NCBI GenBank assembly: GCA_041660525.1
Contig: JBAZWD010000009.1
Location: forward strand, 2,829-66,828
Length of the DNA stretch: 64,000 bases
Source: Legionellales bacterium
Lineage (GTDB): Bacteria; Pseudomonadota; Gammaproteobacteria; JABCZS01
Direction of reading: 5' to 3'
Shown here one piece after another: positions 36,501 through 48,034 of this stretch. Made by a program: the position numbers and the translations under genes. Below the pieces are notes generated by a model, which was not told the origin of the DNA, did not search any database, and was given only the letters and a program-made list of their open reading frames with translations. Positions within the stretch are counted from its first letter, which is position 1; each line of letters begins with the position of its first letter.

Positions 36501-36980
36501 ATAAAAACGATTCGGAAATATGGATTGCCAAAATTGTATGCATTGCTGCGCTTGCGCACTTTGATCGGCCAATAATGCACGACCAACATCGCCTTCTTGC
36601 GCCGCAGATAAAGCAATGAGTCCCGCCGATTTTTCTTTTAAATAATCTTTGGAAATAACTGCATCGCCATGAGGCGTGCGATTCAAATAACTGTAGGAAA
36701 TTAATTGTTTTAAATTAGAAAATCCTTCATCATTTTGACAGAGTAAAACTAATTGCGCATCTTCAATTTGTACTTGCGCTGCAAAAATAGGCTTGATACC
36801 CGCATCTACGCATTCTTGATAAAACTTGACCATCGCAAATAAATTATTGTGATCTGTCAGCGCTAATGCTGGCATTTTTAATTGTGCAGTTTTTTCAAGT
36901 AAATCTGGAATACGACATAAGCCATCAACTAATGAAAATTCGCTATGCACATGTAGATGGACAAATGAAACTGACCTCAT
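33495..36980 (-). CDS. dnaE: DNA polymerase III alpha subunit
   Basis: 1161 aa. PHP domain [15 protein letters not shown]. Has a ~30-aa tail beyond the conserved ...VSLEY end. Confidence 0.98.
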   Translation of the reverse strand: MRSVSFVHLHVHSEFSLVDGLCRIPDLLEKTAQLKMPALALTDHNNLFAMVKFYQECVDAGIKPIFAAQVQIEDAQLVLLCQNDEGFSNLKQLISYSYLNRTPHGDAVISKDYLKEKSAGLIALSAAQEGDVGRALLADQSAQAQQCIQFWQSIFPNRFYIELQRIGKPQEEFYIQQALKLAQKFCVPIVATNNVCFIQPNEFDAHEARVCIHAGQMLNDPKRVSEYTAQQYLRSPAEMQALFADLPEALENSVEIAKRCNVSLKLYDVHLPHFPVPSEMTIESYLQQQAMNGLKKRFGQIKDAYQERLDTELKVINNMGFAGYFLIVADFIQWAKEQGIPVGPGRGSGAGSLVAYVLGITDLDPLQYDLLFERFLNPERVSMPDFDIDFCMDRRDEVIEYVTHRYGRDSVSQIITFGTMAAKAVVRDVGRVLGHPYGFVDKIAKLVPFELGITLEKALIDEKILKELYDQDEAVHDLIDLALQLEGIARNAGKHAGGVVIAPGKLTDFTPIYCESGSEQLVCQLDKDDVETIGLVKFDFLGLRTLTIIDWAARAINQFREEKLDITQIPLDCPKTFALLQACQTTAVFQLESRGMKDLIKRLQPDTFEDIIALVALFRPGPLQSGMVDDFINRKHGRARVEYPHPSLKAILEPTYGVILYQEQVMQIAQTLSGYSLGSADILRRAMGKKKAEEMAQQREIFVKGAVENGVPANTATSIFDLVEKFAGYGFNKSHSAAYALLAYQTAYLKAHYPAEFMASVLSSDMDNTDKVVMLIEECRILNLEILPPHINHSVHHFIARNSQIIYGLGAIKGLGEGAIESIIESRNKDGVFKDLFDFCKRIDLRKNNRRALEALIKAGALDDFAPHRALLLASLEKAIQLAEKASKDAAVGQSDLFADSSDTQATPDLVPAPIWSDAQRLLGEKTTLGLYLTGHPITEFLPELKRFISCRIANVRSEPDKKITLAGFLTSLRIVKTKQGKRMGIATIDDQSARMDITLFNNEFEKYRELLQTESLLVVQGVVMHDEYSGGLRMRVSEVYDMNMARQHFIQRLSLKIEPEIAKENIVEQLIEILKPYCPGKCPVFIQYTKENAQAELKLGENWRVTPDAHLLKMLRDWLGHDQVSLEYNAALSTTDNFAAKNSRQYPRSNTPKSSTPEYY

Positions 36981-37558
36981 GCTTCAACTTCCAATAGCAA
37001 TCGCACAGGTCTAAAACTGCGTCTATGAATATCGAGCACGCCAAATTTTTGTAAAGCTTCAACATGCATTTTTGTAGGATAACCTTTATGTTGTGCAAAG
37101 CCATATTCAGGATGTTTTGCATCCATTTCAACCATCATGGCATCACGTGTAACCTTTGCAATTATCGATGCAGCGCTAATGGCGGGAATTAAAGCATCGC
37201 CACCAATGATCGCTTCTACTTTACATGCTAATTTAGGTTTATTGCGACCATCAACTTGGGCGAATTCTGGCGCAATTTTTAAATCTGCAACCGCGCGCTC
37301 CATCGCTAAAAGTGCGGCGCGTAAAATATTGATTTCATCTATTTCAGCAGGCGTTGCAAGCCCAACACCCACAGCCAAAGCATCACGTTGAATAATTTCG
37401 AATAATGCTTCACGTTTTTTTTGACTCAGCACTTTAGAATCTGCCAAGCCTGCAATCGGTTTATTAGGATCTAAAATTACCGCTGCAGCAACAACTGGAC
37501 CTGCTAATGGTGCACAACCTGCTTCATCGACTCCAGCAATTAGTACGTCCTTGTTCAT
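36977..37558 (-). CDS. rnhB: Ribonuclease HII
   Basis: [15 protein letters not shown] motif. 193 aa. Confidence 0.96.
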   Translation of the reverse strand: MNKDVLIAGVDEAGCAPLAGPVVAAAVILDPNKPIAGLADSKVLSQKKREALFEIIQRDALAVGVGLATPAEIDEINILRAALLAMERAVADLKIAPEFAQVDGRNKPKLACKVEAIIGGDALIPAISAASIIAKVTRDAMMVEMDAKHPEYGFAQHKGYPTKMHVEALQKFGVLDIHRRSFRPVRLLLEVEA

Positions 37559-37567
37559 GTAATGTCC

Positions 37568-38710
37568 TTAAATATATTTCAAGTAGCTATGCTTATATTT
37601 CATTTTAACAGGTCTGTACCATTTACCGGCAAAATATAACAACGGCAAAAAAGATAGCCATATGAGATAAAGCCAAGGCAGAGCAAAAGCCTGTTGATTT
37701 GTTGGCCCTAATTTTTCTCCAAACATAATGAAATGTACAAGCCATGCACTCGCTTCCACTAAAGGAATATGAATAATGTAGATAAATAAAGGTACTTGGC
37801 CAAAAACACATAAATATTTACTGAAGGGATCTTTTTTATCCAATAAAGCCAATAACAAACAAGCTACGCTTAATGCTAAACATAAATATTGTAATGACGG
37901 CGGGTATTTTGTTGTTTTAAATATGGAGAGTAGTGAATAAGCGATATTGTCACTTTGCCATGTCCAAATAATACTGTCACCATAGCCCACTACCATGCGT
38001 AATAATATAAAAGATCCTAATAAACCAAACCCTAGAATCAGGAGCATTTTTTGACGTTGCGCAGCTGTAATGTTTGCAGCAAATACCAAAGAGCCTAAAA
38101 CATAACCGAATAGCATCACTGCAAACCAGGGAATGATGGCATAAGCAAAAAAAACATCCACAACCCCTAAAGGCACGTGTGTTCTTTCACCGTGCAATAG
38201 CATTAAAATAAAGGAAAAAAATGAGCCATCAAATGCAAAACTAAAAAAATTATCCAACGCATTGTGACCGAGCAATACGATAATTGCGAGCATTGCAGCC
38301 CATTTAATAGGAAGGTGAATGAGCGCGCTTAATATAATCATTCCTATACCCAACGTCCATAGAACAGTAAATGCAAACGTATATTGCTCACTCGGCCAAA
38401 ACCATAGCCAAGAGATATAAAATAATTCTATTCCAATAATGATAAGACCACGTTTGAGTAAATCTTTACTCGCAAGCGTAATATTATTATAGTTGCGCAC
38501 TAATAAAAATATTCCCATGCCGCTTAATAGGAAAAAAATTGGCGCACATAGATTGGTTACAACACGCATCAAATATAAAGCTGTTGAGCCAGAGCCTAAT
38601 TCAATTGGATCATATGCTAAGGGTAAAAATGCATAGCGTGCATGTCCCAAGATCATTAAAAGAATGATCATACCGCGTAAGCTATCAATTGCCGTTATTC
38701 TTTGATTCAT
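37568..38710 (-). CDS. DUF1624 / heparan-alpha-glucosaminide N-acetyltransferase-like integral membrane protein
   Basis: N-terminal RITAIDSLRGMIILLMILGHA motif, about 10 TM. 4-nt overlap with the lpxB stop. Confidence 0.72.
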   Translation of the reverse strand: MNQRITAIDSLRGMIILLMILGHARYAFLPLAYDPIELGSGSTALYLMRVVTNLCAPIFFLLSGMGIFLLVRNYNNITLASKDLLKRGLIIIGIELFYISWLWFWPSEQYTFAFTVLWTLGIGMIILSALIHLPIKWAAMLAIIVLLGHNALDNFFSFAFDGSFFSFILMLLHGERTHVPLGVVDVFFAYAIIPWFAVMLFGYVLGSLVFAANITAAQRQKMLLILGFGLLGSFILLRMVVGYGDSIIWTWQSDNIAYSLLSIFKTTKYPPSLQYLCLALSVACLLLALLDKKDPFSKYLCVFGQVPLFIYIIHIPLVEASAWLVHFIMFGEKLGPTNQQAFALPWLYLIWLSFLPLLYFAGKWYRPVKMKYKHSYLKYI

Positions 38711-39849
38711 GATTTTTTTGCCATTACTTCTAAAACTGCTTGCGCTGCTTGTTCATCAGCATTGCAGCGTAACTGATTTAAAATAGTTTCGTATTCTTCT
38801 TGAAGCTGCATTACAGCTTGCGGATTATCTAACCAATTCATTAAAGCAGTACTCATTTTTTCAGCTGTTGCATCATTTTGTAAAAACTCAGGCACTATGG
38901 CTTTATTGGCTAATAAATTCGGTAAGGAGCAGTATTTTACTTTCACTAACAGATTAACAATACCCCAGTTAAATGTACTCATTTTATAGGCAACCACCAT
39001 GGGTTTTCCTAATAAAAATGTTTCTAAGGTGACTGTGCCTGAAGTAGCCAAAACAGCGTCTGCGGATTTAATGGCTGCATAGGTTTTATCTATAATAATA
39101 GTAAATTGAATGGGGTAATTATTTTTATTCAGTATTTCTTGAATTTGCTGTGCAATTTTTTGATTGGCTGCTGCAACGGCAAATGTTAATTGATTATTTT
39201 TTTGTGCGCATAAACAAGCGGTTTGAAAAAATGTTTCTGCCATTCTAGCAATTTCTGAGTGACGGCTGCCGGGCAGTATTGTAATAATTTTATCATGTTG
39301 ATTAAGCCCTAATTCAGTGCGGGCGCTTTCTTGCGTGTAGAGTTTCGGCAAAATATCGGCGCTTCTGTGGCCCACAAATTTTGCGTGAATACCGTGCTTT
39401 ATCAAAAAATCTTTTTCAAAGGGTAATAAGCAAAGCACTAAATCTGCGGATTTTTTTATTTTTTTAACACGATTTGCGCGCCAAGCCCATACGCTGGGGC
39501 TAACATAGTGTATGGTTTTAATGCCATGACTTTTGAGTTTTTCTTCAATGGGCAAATTAAAATCTGGAGAATCTATTCCAATATATAAATCAGGTGGATT
39601 ATTGATTAATTCTTTAATTATTTGCTGACGTAGTTTGAGTATTTTAGGTAATTTAGGAACAATTTCTAAAATACCCATTACGGATAATGTTTCGATAGGG
39701 TAAAGACTTTTACAACCTGCGGCTTGCATGTGCGGACCAGCAACGCCATAAAATTCAATTTCAGGATTAAGATTTTTTAACGCTTGAATTAATCCTGCAC
39801 CTAAACGATCACCGGATAATTCGCCTGCACAGATAAAAATCTTTTTCAT
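38707..39849 (-). CDS. lpxB: Lipid-A-disaccharide synthase
   Basis: 380 aa. N-terminus KIFICAGELSGDRLGAGL. Position matches the lpx cluster. Confidence 0.95.
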   Translation of the reverse strand: MKKIFICAGELSGDRLGAGLIQALKNLNPEIEFYGVAGPHMQAAGCKSLYPIETLSVMGILEIVPKLPKILKLRQQIIKELINNPPDLYIGIDSPDFNLPIEEKLKSHGIKTIHYVSPSVWAWRANRVKKIKKSADLVLCLLPFEKDFLIKHGIHAKFVGHRSADILPKLYTQESARTELGLNQHDKIITILPGSRHSEIARMAETFFQTACLCAQKNNQLTFAVAAANQKIAQQIQEILNKNNYPIQFTIIIDKTYAAIKSADAVLATSGTVTLETFLLGKPMVVAYKMSTFNWGIVNLLVKVKYCSLPNLLANKAIVPEFLQNDATAEKMSTALMNWLDNPQAVMQLQEEYETILNQLRCNADEQAAQAVLEVMAKKS

Positions 39850-39868
39850 GATGAATTATTTCTTTTAT

Positions 39869-40645
39869 TTAACCTACTATCCCTCTGCCCGGTTGTTGAA
39901 TAAAATCTAGCATAAGCTGCACACGCGGCGCTTCTTTGACCATTTCTTGTAATTGTGCAACAGCTTCTTTTAAAGGTAAGCCTTTGCGATAAATGATTTT
40001 ATAAGCACGTTGCACCTGCGTAATTTCTTCAGATGTAAAACCATGGCGCTTTAAACCCTCGCTATTAACACCTATAACGGTGGCACGTCGCTCACCTGGT
40101 GCGACTAACACGTAAGGTAAAATATCCTTTGTAACTAAACTACCGCCTGAAATAAAACTAAATTCACCGATAGTGCAGAATTGATGAATAGCCACAAAGC
40201 CACTCAATATAGCTCGATCATTAACAGTAACATGGCCGCCCATTGCGGAATTATTTGCAATGACAATATGATCTCCCAATTTGCAATCGTGTGCCACGTG
40301 CACATTCGCCATTAATAAATTGTGATTACCTATCTGCGTCACTTTACCACCTTGCACTGTGCCACGATTTAAAGTGCAATACTCGCGTATGACATTATGA
40401 TCGCCAATTTCAAGTGAGGTTTGTTCCCCTTGGTATTTCTTATCTTGCGGCTCGCCGCCGATAGATGCGAATTGAAAAATCTTATTATTTGCGCCGATTT
40501 TTGTGGGCCCTTCAATAACAACGTGAGAACCAATCCAGGTACCGCTGCCAATTTCAACATGTTCCCCAATTATTGTCCATGGCCCAATATGCGCATCAGG
40601 CGCTATTTTTGCATTTGGATGAATGCGTGCTTGCGAATCAATCAT
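39869..40645 (-). CDS. lpxA: UDP-N-acetylglucosamine O-acyltransferase
   Basis: Hexapeptide repeats. 258 aa. Synteny. Confidence 0.96.
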   Translation of the reverse strand: MIDSQARIHPNAKIAPDAHIGPWTIIGEHVEIGSGTWIGSHVVIEGPTKIGANNKIFQFASIGGEPQDKKYQGEQTSLEIGDHNVIREYCTLNRGTVQGGKVTQIGNHNLLMANVHVAHDCKLGDHIVIANNSAMGGHVTVNDRAILSGFVAIHQFCTIGEFSFISGGSLVTKDILPYVLVAPGERRATVIGVNSEGLKRHGFTSEEITQVQRAYKIIYRKGLPLKEAVAQLQEMVKEAPRVQLMLDFIQQPGRGIVG

Positions 40646-41093
40646 GATTAATTTCCTTTGCTACATTCATAATTTCAGCACTACATACAAGTTCGTCATC
40701 TACAAAAGCTTTACATTGAAATTTTGAGAGACCTTGCTTTACTTTAAGTAATTGGATATGTAAGTGCAGTTGATCGCCCGGCTTAACCACTTGTTTAAAC
40801 CGCGCGTCATTAATACCTGCTAAATAATTAATATTATTATTGGTGCCCGGTAATTTATTAATACTTTTATAATATAAAATACCACTTGCTTGGGCTAAAG
40901 CTTCAATAATCAAAACACCTGGCATCACTGGCATTTCAGGAAAATGCCCTGTAAAAAAAGGCTCATTAAAAGTTACGTTTTTTACTGCAATTAATGAATG
41001 AGGCAAATCGAGGCTAATGACTTTATCAATTAACAAAAAAGGATACCGATGCGGTAAATAACGCATAATCTCTTGTATATCCATTTGCTCCAT
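40638..41093 (-). CDS. fabZ: 3-hydroxyacyl-ACP dehydratase FabZ
   Basis: [13 protein letters not shown] and FFTGHFP motifs. Confidence 0.97.
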   Translation of the reverse strand: MEQMDIQEIMRYLPHRYPFLLIDKVISLDLPHSLIAVKNVTFNEPFFTGHFPEMPVMPGVLIIEALAQASGILYYKSINKLPGTNNNINYLAGINDARFKQVVKPGDQLHLHIQLLKVKQGLSKFQCKAFVDDELVCSAEIMNVAKEINHD

Positions 41094-41103
41094 GACAACC
41101 CCC

Positions 41104-42120
41104 TTAATTTTTTTCTAAAGCACGTAATCTTTTCATGATTTCAGGTAAACGTAAATAACCCACCATCTGTTTACGCCATTGCCCATTTTCAATGGCTGGA
41201 ATACCCGAATAAATACCGGGTTTATCAATACTACCTAATACGCCACTCATAGCAGTAATTTGTACGCCATCTGTAATTTGAATGTGGCCATTAATACATG
41301 AGCCACCACCGATTGCACAATGTTTACCGATTTCTGTGCTACCTGCTATGGCTACACAACCGGTAATAATCGTATGATCGCCAATTTGAACATTGTGTCC
41401 AATTTGCACTAAATTATCAATTTTAACACCTGTACCTATACGCGTAGGTGTCAGTACGCCACGATCAATAGCAGTTTGCGCACCTATTTCAACATCATCG
41501 CCGAGTTCAACGCCGGCTAGTTGTGGAATTTTGATCCAGCGGCCTTTATCATTTGCAAAACCAAAACCATCTGCACCTATCACTGCATTACTGTGAATCA
41601 CACAACGCTTTCCAATGATAACATCTTGATAAATACTCGCATTGGCAAATATACGGGTATGTTCGCCAATATGGCTATTTGCACCAATATAAACACCTGG
41701 ACCAATATGCACGCCTTCACTAATATGCACATGATCACCAATATAAGCATTTGCATCAATACAAGCAGTTTGTGCAATTTGTGCATCCTTGCCAATAACC
41801 GCGCTGGCATGAACACCAGAATGCAGTACTTCAGGTTGCGCACATAAATTCATTAATTGTGCAAACGCAACATGTGGGTCAGCGACAATAATGGATGGTA
41901 ATGTTGATTTATCTGCAAATTGTTCGCTAAGTACAATAGCGCCCGCTTTAGTTTGTGCTAAAAGCGGGACGTAATGTGCTTGTGTAACAAAACTAATGTC
42001 CGTAGGCGTGGCTTCTTTTAAAGTAGCCACACCCTCTAGACGTAGCTCAGATGCTTGGGAACATGTTCCTTTTAGGTATTGAGCCAATTGTAACAGCGTA
42101 TGCGCTTTCTGAAATTGCAT
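41104..42120 (-). CDS. lpxD: UDP-3-O-acylglucosamine N-acyltransferase
   Basis: 338 aa with hexapeptide repeats. Synteny. Confidence 0.95.
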   Translation of the reverse strand: MQFQKAHTLLQLAQYLKGTCSQASELRLEGVATLKEATPTDISFVTQAHYVPLLAQTKAGAIVLSEQFADKSTLPSIIVADPHVAFAQLMNLCAQPEVLHSGVHASAVIGKDAQIAQTACIDANAYIGDHVHISEGVHIGPGVYIGANSHIGEHTRIFANASIYQDVIIGKRCVIHSNAVIGADGFGFANDKGRWIKIPQLAGVELGDDVEIGAQTAIDRGVLTPTRIGTGVKIDNLVQIGHNVQIGDHTIITGCVAIAGSTEIGKHCAIGGGSCINGHIQITDGVQITAMSGVLGSIDKPGIYSGIPAIENGQWRKQMVGYLRLPEIMKRLRALEKN

Positions 42121-42122
42121 GG

Positions 42123-42614
42123 TTATTTTTTATCAAGTTGCGTCAATACGTCTTGGGTAATATCCAAAGAATTATTAAAATAAAGTGCAGCACCTGCTTG
42201 TAATACGACGTCATATTTTTTATCAGCAGCTACTTTTTGCGTAGCAGTTTTAACAGTGGCGAGCAACTTCTCTAATTCTTCATTGCCTCTTTTCGCACGC
42301 TGTTGATTAAGTTCTGCGCTTAATTTTTGGAATTCCATTTGATTTTTTTCAAAATTTTGTTGAAATGCCAATTTTTCTTCATTCGACATCATCGCTGAAT
42401 CACGCGTATAAGTCTCAGTGCTATCTACTAATTGTTTTTGCAATTTAATCAAGCTCTCTTCTTTACCTTTGAATTCAGTTTTTAATTTGCTTTCAATAGT
42501 ACCTTCGTATTTTTTCATAATGGCAGTGCCATCTACAAAAGCGATTTTACCCGCATCAGCAAACGCCGCGAAAGAACAAAACATGACAGCTACAACCAAT
42601 AATCTTTTCAACAT
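42123..42614 (-). CDS. skp: Periplasmic chaperone Skp (OmpH)
   Basis: Signal peptide, coiled-coil-rich 163 aa, located between bamA and lpxD. Confidence 0.85.
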   Translation of the reverse strand: MLKRLLVVAVMFCSFAAFADAGKIAFVDGTAIMKKYEGTIESKLKTEFKGKEESLIKLQKQLVDSTETYTRDSAMMSNEEKLAFQQNFEKNQMEFQKLSAELNQQRAKRGNEELEKLLATVKTATQKVAADKKYDVVLQAGAALYFNNSLDITQDVLTQLDKK

Positions 42615-42637
42615 TCCCTTTCTCCTTAAATTTAAAA

Positions 42638-44935
42638 TTAGAGCACGGCACCGATACTAAATTGGAAAACTTCTGTCGTATCATCTTCAGCCTTCGTAAT
42701 CGGGAAACCAAGGCTGACAACCAAAGGACCTAGTGGTGAATACCATTGTGCGGTAGTACCCACAGAAGTACGCATCGGTTCTGAATCCGGATCATCTCCG
42801 TATGTATTATAGAGGCTACCTACGTCAAAAAACAATGAGGTACGCACCGAGCTAACTTCAACGTAAGGCAATGGGAAGAATATCTCTGTAGTGCCATTAA
42901 ATCGGAAGTTACCACCGATAGGATCATCTAGCGAATCTTCAGGACCAATAGAGTTATCAGCAAAACCACGCATAGAAGTCACGCCGCCTAAGTAATAGTT
43001 TTCATAGAAGGGTAATTCTTCTGTACTTAAGAGCCCGTCACCATAAGCCACGGTACCACGTACCATTAAAACAAAAGGATCGTATATTGGCTTATACCAA
43101 CGTGACGTTAATGTCGTTTTATAGTAAGTCAGGGTTGAACCCGGCACCACAATATTAACACCCAAATTCGTAGAACTACCTTCCGTTGGGAAAACGACCC
43201 TATCCAGCGTATTTCGTGTCCACCCTAATATGATTTCGTAGGCATTAAAATCATTACCATTTTCATCCACAAAATCTTGAACTTGATCAGAGACGGTATT
43301 AGGATCGCTGCCAGTTTTAATGAGAATATTTTCATAACCATAACCATAGTAAAAGCGATTATTGGGGTTAATAGGCACGCTGTAATTTACCGCGCCGCCC
43401 CAAATGTCACGTACATAGTTCGAGACATCCGCTTCAGCCAAATCAGCTGCTGAATAAAACACGCTAAATCCGCGGCTTATGCCATCTTCTGTGTAGTAAG
43501 GATCGGTATAACTTAAATTATAAGAAGTGAAGTATTCACTGGTATTGAATAAGAAGCTGGCAATATTACCCGTACCTAAAAAATTAGCTTGGCTGACGCC
43601 TAAGTTAAAGAGTAAACCGTCTAATTGCGAATAACCCACACCACCTGTTAATTGCCCAGATGGACGTTCTTCTACGGTGACATGTAAGTCCACAATATCA
43701 TCTTGTCCGGGCACAGGTACTGTTTCAATATTAATATTATCCAAATACCCGAGTAGATAAAGATTATTGCGGGAGCGTTGAATTTTTGCAGTTGAAACTA
43801 AAGCACCTTCGAGTTGGGTTAATTCACGGCGCAGTATTTCTTCTTGGCTAACATAATTACCGCTGAAATAAATATCGCGCACATACACTAATTGGTTAGG
43901 TTCAATTAAATAAGTAATGGCAACGGTTTTTTCTTCTTCGTTCACTTCGGTCATGGGATGCACTTCCACAAACGCATAGCCCTCATTACCGACTAAGGAG
44001 GTAATGTATTCATTCACTTGCATCATTTTTTGGCGGTTAAATAATTCGCCTTCTTCAAATATTTCAGTATATTTTTCTAATTCTTCCCTGGGCACGACCA
44101 AATCGCCTCCCACCGAAACTTCACTGATGGTGTATTGTTCACCTTCAACAATATTAACAGTCACATAAATATCTTTACGACTTGGAACTATCGACACTTG
44201 CGTCGATTCCACTTTCATATTGAGATAACCATTATTCATATAATGAAATTGCAGGTTTTCAAGATCGCCCATTAAGCGCTCACGGGAATATTGATCGCTG
44301 CTTGAAATCCAGCTTAACCAATTCGTGGTTGTAGATTGAAATGTGTCGAGTAATTCAGCATCATCAAAGACTTCATTACCGACGAAATTAATTTCTCGAA
44401 TTTTAGTGACTTCACCTTCGCTAATATCAATCTCGATCCCGACGCGATTACGCGGTAATTTAACAACAGTGCTGGTAATATCAACATTATATTTACCATG
44501 ACTGAAATACTGGTATTCTAATTCTTTAGTCACTTTTTCAAGGACAGAAGGATCATAAGGATTTCCTTCAGTAATACCCGCATACTCTAAGCCTTCTTCT
44601 AAGGCTTCTGTTTCAATATCTTCATTACCAGAAATCTCGATACGACCAATGGTGGGACGCTCTTCAACCGTTACAACCAGCGTATTGCCTTCACGCGCTA
44701 AACTGATATTGGAGTAATTGCCGGTAGCATAAAGTTCGCGAATAATTTCCGGCGTTTCGCTCATGTAAAGCGTATCACCCACGCTTACGGGTAAATCATT
44801 ATAAACCGTACCTACATCGATACGTTGTAAACCTTCTACTTTAATATCTTTAATCACAAAATAATCATCAGCAAACCCAATACTGCTAACCAGCATTAAG
44901 AACATAAAAGAAACAAAATATTTGAGTTTTAACAT
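42638..44935 (-). CDS. bamA: Outer membrane protein assembly factor BamA
   Basis: 765 aa. Signal peptide, POTRA repeats (IKDIKVEGLQRI...), C-terminal beta-barrel ending ...FQFSIGAVL. Confidence 0.96.
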   Translation of the reverse strand: MLKLKYFVSFMFLMLVSSIGFADDYFVIKDIKVEGLQRIDVGTVYNDLPVSVGDTLYMSETPEIIRELYATGNYSNISLAREGNTLVVTVEERPTIGRIEISGNEDIETEALEEGLEYAGITEGNPYDPSVLEKVTKELEYQYFSHGKYNVDITSTVVKLPRNRVGIEIDISEGEVTKIREINFVGNEVFDDAELLDTFQSTTTNWLSWISSSDQYSRERLMGDLENLQFHYMNNGYLNMKVESTQVSIVPSRKDIYVTVNIVEGEQYTISEVSVGGDLVVPREELEKYTEIFEEGELFNRQKMMQVNEYITSLVGNEGYAFVEVHPMTEVNEEEKTVAITYLIEPNQLVYVRDIYFSGNYVSQEEILRRELTQLEGALVSTAKIQRSRNNLYLLGYLDNINIETVPVPGQDDIVDLHVTVEERPSGQLTGGVGYSQLDGLLFNLGVSQANFLGTGNIASFLFNTSEYFTSYNLSYTDPYYTEDGISRGFSVFYSAADLAEADVSNYVRDIWGGAVNYSVPINPNNRFYYGYGYENILIKTGSDPNTVSDQVQDFVDENGNDFNAYEIILGWTRNTLDRVVFPTEGSSTNLGVNIVVPGSTLTYYKTTLTSRWYKPIYDPFVLMVRGTVAYGDGLLSTEELPFYENYYLGGVTSMRGFADNSIGPEDSLDDPIGGNFRFNGTTEIFFPLPYVEVSSVRTSLFFDVGSLYNTYGDDPDSEPMRTSVGTTAQWYSPLGPLVVSLGFPITKAEDDTTEVFQFSIGAVL

Positions 44936-44958
44936 ACTATAAAGGTCACTTCCAAAGC

Positions 44959-46026
44959 TTACCTGCTACCTAACTGAATTACATCGTTGTAAAAAGCTAA
45001 GACCATTAATGAGAACAACAAAACTAAACCGATACTTAAACCTATTTGCTGCATTTTAAGCGTCAAGGGTTTGCGCATAATCGCCTCGAGGACATAATAT
45101 AACAAATGGCCGCCGTCTAGCATAGGGATAGGCAATAAATTTATTACACCTAAGCTTATGCTCAGCAACGCTAAAAATTTTAAAAAATAAACTAAACCCA
45201 TTTGCGCAGTATCGCCCGCATAAACAGCGATACTAATTGGCCCACTTAAATGTTCAAGACCTAATTTACCAAGCAGCATTTCAAAGATGGATTTAAAAGT
45301 AAGTAAGCTATAAAACCACGTATCGTGCACCCCATTTATGAAAGCTTCATAAAGTGGTACAGATTGTGGCTTTAATAATTCTTTATCGAGGGCTACGCCA
45401 ATAAAACCAATTTCTTGCCCATGATGTAATTTTTTTCCGGGCGTAATTTCAAGTTCCATGTTTTGTTTTTGGCGCTCAAGCGTTAAAGTGACTTTTTCAT
45501 CAGGATGCGCTGAAATAACCTTCACCAATTCAGGCCAATTATGTACGGGTGCTTGATTAACAGCAAGAATATGATCGCCCACTTGTAAATGTGCGTGAGC
45601 GGCTGGCGTATCCGCTTCTATGCCACCAATAATGGCCGGCACTTTGCTCGAATCAAATATGCCAATATGATAAACGCATGAAAATGCGAGAATCGCAAAT
45701 AGGAAATTTGCAAAAGGTCCGGCTAAAACAATTGCGATTCTTTTCCACACAGATTGACGATTAAATGCAAAGGCAAGCTCTGAAGCTGCAACTTCACCTT
45801 CACGCTCATCCAACATTTTTACATAACCACCCAGCGGTAAAATCGATACACAATATTCTGTTCCAGATTTACCTTGATGGCGCCAAATCGGTTTACCAAA
45901 ACCTAAAGAAAAACGCAGCACCTTTACGCCAAGTTTACGCGCTACAATAAAATGACCCCATTCATGTACGCTGATCAAAATACCCAGCGTCAATATAAAA
46001 GATAAAATGGTGATTAACATATTCAT
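44959..46026 (-). CDS. rseP: Site-2 zinc metalloprotease RseP
   Basis: HEWGH motif, PDZ region, and NLLPIPMLDGGH. Confidence 0.95.
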   Translation of the reverse strand: MNMLITILSFILTLGILISVHEWGHFIVARKLGVKVLRFSLGFGKPIWRHQGKSGTEYCVSILPLGGYVKMLDEREGEVAASELAFAFNRQSVWKRIAIVLAGPFANFLFAILAFSCVYHIGIFDSSKVPAIIGGIEADTPAAHAHLQVGDHILAVNQAPVHNWPELVKVISAHPDEKVTLTLERQKQNMELEITPGKKLHHGQEIGFIGVALDKELLKPQSVPLYEAFINGVHDTWFYSLLTFKSIFEMLLGKLGLEHLSGPISIAVYAGDTAQMGLVYFLKFLALLSISLGVINLLPIPMLDGGHLLYYVLEAIMRKPLTLKMQQIGLSIGLVLLFSLMVLAFYNDVIQLGSR

Positions 46027-47192
46027 GATAAAACTGACCGCGCAATTTCGCGTGCATGGTGATCCACTGATAAAATCACTTCTAAATCTTGCGCAGGTTG
46101 CACTTCAAGTCTATTTAAGGTTTCATCAATTACACGAGAAATATCAGTAAACGCTAATTCAGCATTTAAAAATCGCGCAACAGCTACTTCATTCGCCGCA
46201 TTAAAAATTGCGCCTGCTGTTCCACCTTCACGCAAAACTTGACGTGCTAAACTAAGCACTGGGAAGCGTTCCAGACAAGGTGGTGAAAAATCTAAACGTC
46301 CGCCCATTTTAAATAATTCCAACAATGGCGCGCCAGAAATTATACGTTCAGGCCACGCTAATGTATGCGCAATCGGTGTGCGCATATCGGGATAACTCAT
46401 TTGCGCTAAAATAGATCCATCTAAATATTCCACCATCGAATGCACAATACTTTGCGGATGTATGACGACTTGAATATGCTCACTGTCCATCGAGAATAAC
46501 CAATGCGCTTCTATCATTTCCAATGCTTTATTCATCATGGTGGCGGAATCTACAGAAATCTTTTTTCCCATATTCCAATTAGGATGCGCGCAGGCTTGTT
46601 CGGGTGTCACTTGCGCAAGATCCATTAATGCATAATTTAAGAAAGGTCCGCCTGAAGCGGTTAACCAAATTTGTTTAATACTTTGATGCGGTAATTGCGC
46701 TAAATGCGATACCGGTAAACATTGAAAAATAGCGTTATGTTCACTATCAACCGGCAATAATATCGCATTATTTTCTTTTGCAGCATCCATAAATAGTTTA
46801 CCCGTCATGACGAGTGCTTCTTTATTAGCTAATAATACGCATTTACCTGCTTTTACAGCTGCTAAAGTTGCAGGAAGTCCTGGACTACCGACGATAGCAG
46901 CCATGACCGTGTCCACTTCCTCGTGCGTTGCAATTTCAATTAATGCATGTTTTCCAGATAATATTTGCGTTGGAATTTTTTGTGCTGTGCATAAATCTTG
47001 TAATTGTTTAGCAGCTAAGGGATCTGTCATTACCGCATATTGCGGCTGATACGTAAGGCATAAACGCAACATCGCTTGCACATTGCTGTTTGCACTTAAT
47101 GCAAATACATGATGCGTTTTAGCTTGATTAATCACGTCTAAGGTTTGTAAACCTATCGAGCCCGTTGCGCCCAGTATTGTGATTTTTTTCAT
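46023..47192 (-). CDS. dxr: 1-deoxy-D-xylulose 5-phosphate reductoisomerase
   Basis: ILGATGSIG NADPH motif. 389 aa. Confidence 0.97.
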   Translation of the reverse strand: MKKITILGATGSIGLQTLDVINQAKTHHVFALSANSNVQAMLRLCLTYQPQYAVMTDPLAAKQLQDLCTAQKIPTQILSGKHALIEIATHEEVDTVMAAIVGSPGLPATLAAVKAGKCVLLANKEALVMTGKLFMDAAKENNAILLPVDSEHNAIFQCLPVSHLAQLPHQSIKQIWLTASGGPFLNYALMDLAQVTPEQACAHPNWNMGKKISVDSATMMNKALEMIEAHWLFSMDSEHIQVVIHPQSIVHSMVEYLDGSILAQMSYPDMRTPIAHTLAWPERIISGAPLLELFKMGGRLDFSPPCLERFPVLSLARQVLREGGTAGAIFNAANEVAVARFLNAELAFTDISRVIDETLNRLEVQPAQDLEVILSVDHHAREIARSVLS

Positions 47193-48034
47193 TAGTGATG
47201 GCCGCTATATGTTAAGTAAATACAACACCATGCAAATACAGGCACTGCTGCGGTTAAACTATCTAAGCGATCTAATAGCCCACCATGACCCGGTAATAAT
47301 GTACCGCTGTCTTTTACGCCATAAATGCGTTTTACCATGCTTTCAAATAAATCGCCCATGATGGATATAGGAATGATGACAAAAACCATAAGTGCAACAA
47401 GTTGCCAAGTTATTAAATTGGAAAAGAGACCCAAAATAAAAAGCACGAGAGCCGTGCAAATCATTCCGCCCCAAACGCCTTCCCAACTTTTCCCGGGGCT
47501 GACACGGCTGGCTAATAAATGGTAGTTGCCACCAAGGCGCCCCCAAAGTTGTCCCGTAAAATATGCAAAACTATCCGCACAAGCAATCACGAGTAATAAA
47601 ATCAAAAACATTTTATATGTGAAATAATTTAATAAGAAAAATGCTCCGGCGCCAAATGGCACGATCAACCAAAGTCCAATGACAGTATTTACCCAAACGT
47701 TAGAGGACCACAGTGTGCGGCCTTTTTGATAAAAAACAACTGCGATAAACGCAAATATCCAACCTACTAACGATACGCATAAAGTGATGCCTACCCAATC
47801 ACGCAAATAATAGATTACGTTCGCATAATAAAACATCATTACACATAAAAGTAATACAACATAAAATAAAATTTTCTGTGCAGTTTTTGCACCTATAATT
47901 TTTAGCCATTCATGACCTGCACCTAAACAAAATGTGAGCAGAACAGCAGCTTTCATTAAAGCATTGCCATAAAAAATGGTGACTAAAACTAAGCCTATCA
48001 AAAAGGTTGCTGTAATAATGCGTTTTTTAAGCAT
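47192..48034 (-). CDS. cdsA: Phosphatidate cytidylyltransferase
   Basis: Multi-TM. C-terminal SMVKRIYGVKDSGTLLPGHGGLLDRLDS signature. Confidence 0.92.
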   Translation of the reverse strand: MLKKRIITATFLIGLVLVTIFYGNALMKAAVLLTFCLGAGHEWLKIIGAKTAQKILFYVVLLLCVMMFYYANVIYYLRDWVGITLCVSLVGWIFAFIAVVFYQKGRTLWSSNVWVNTVIGLWLIVPFGAGAFFLLNYFTYKMFLILLLVIACADSFAYFTGQLWGRLGGNYHLLASRVSPGKSWEGVWGGMICTALVLFILGLFSNLITWQLVALMVFVIIPISIMGDLFESMVKRIYGVKDSGTLLPGHGGLLDRLDSLTAAVPVFAWCCIYLTYSGHH

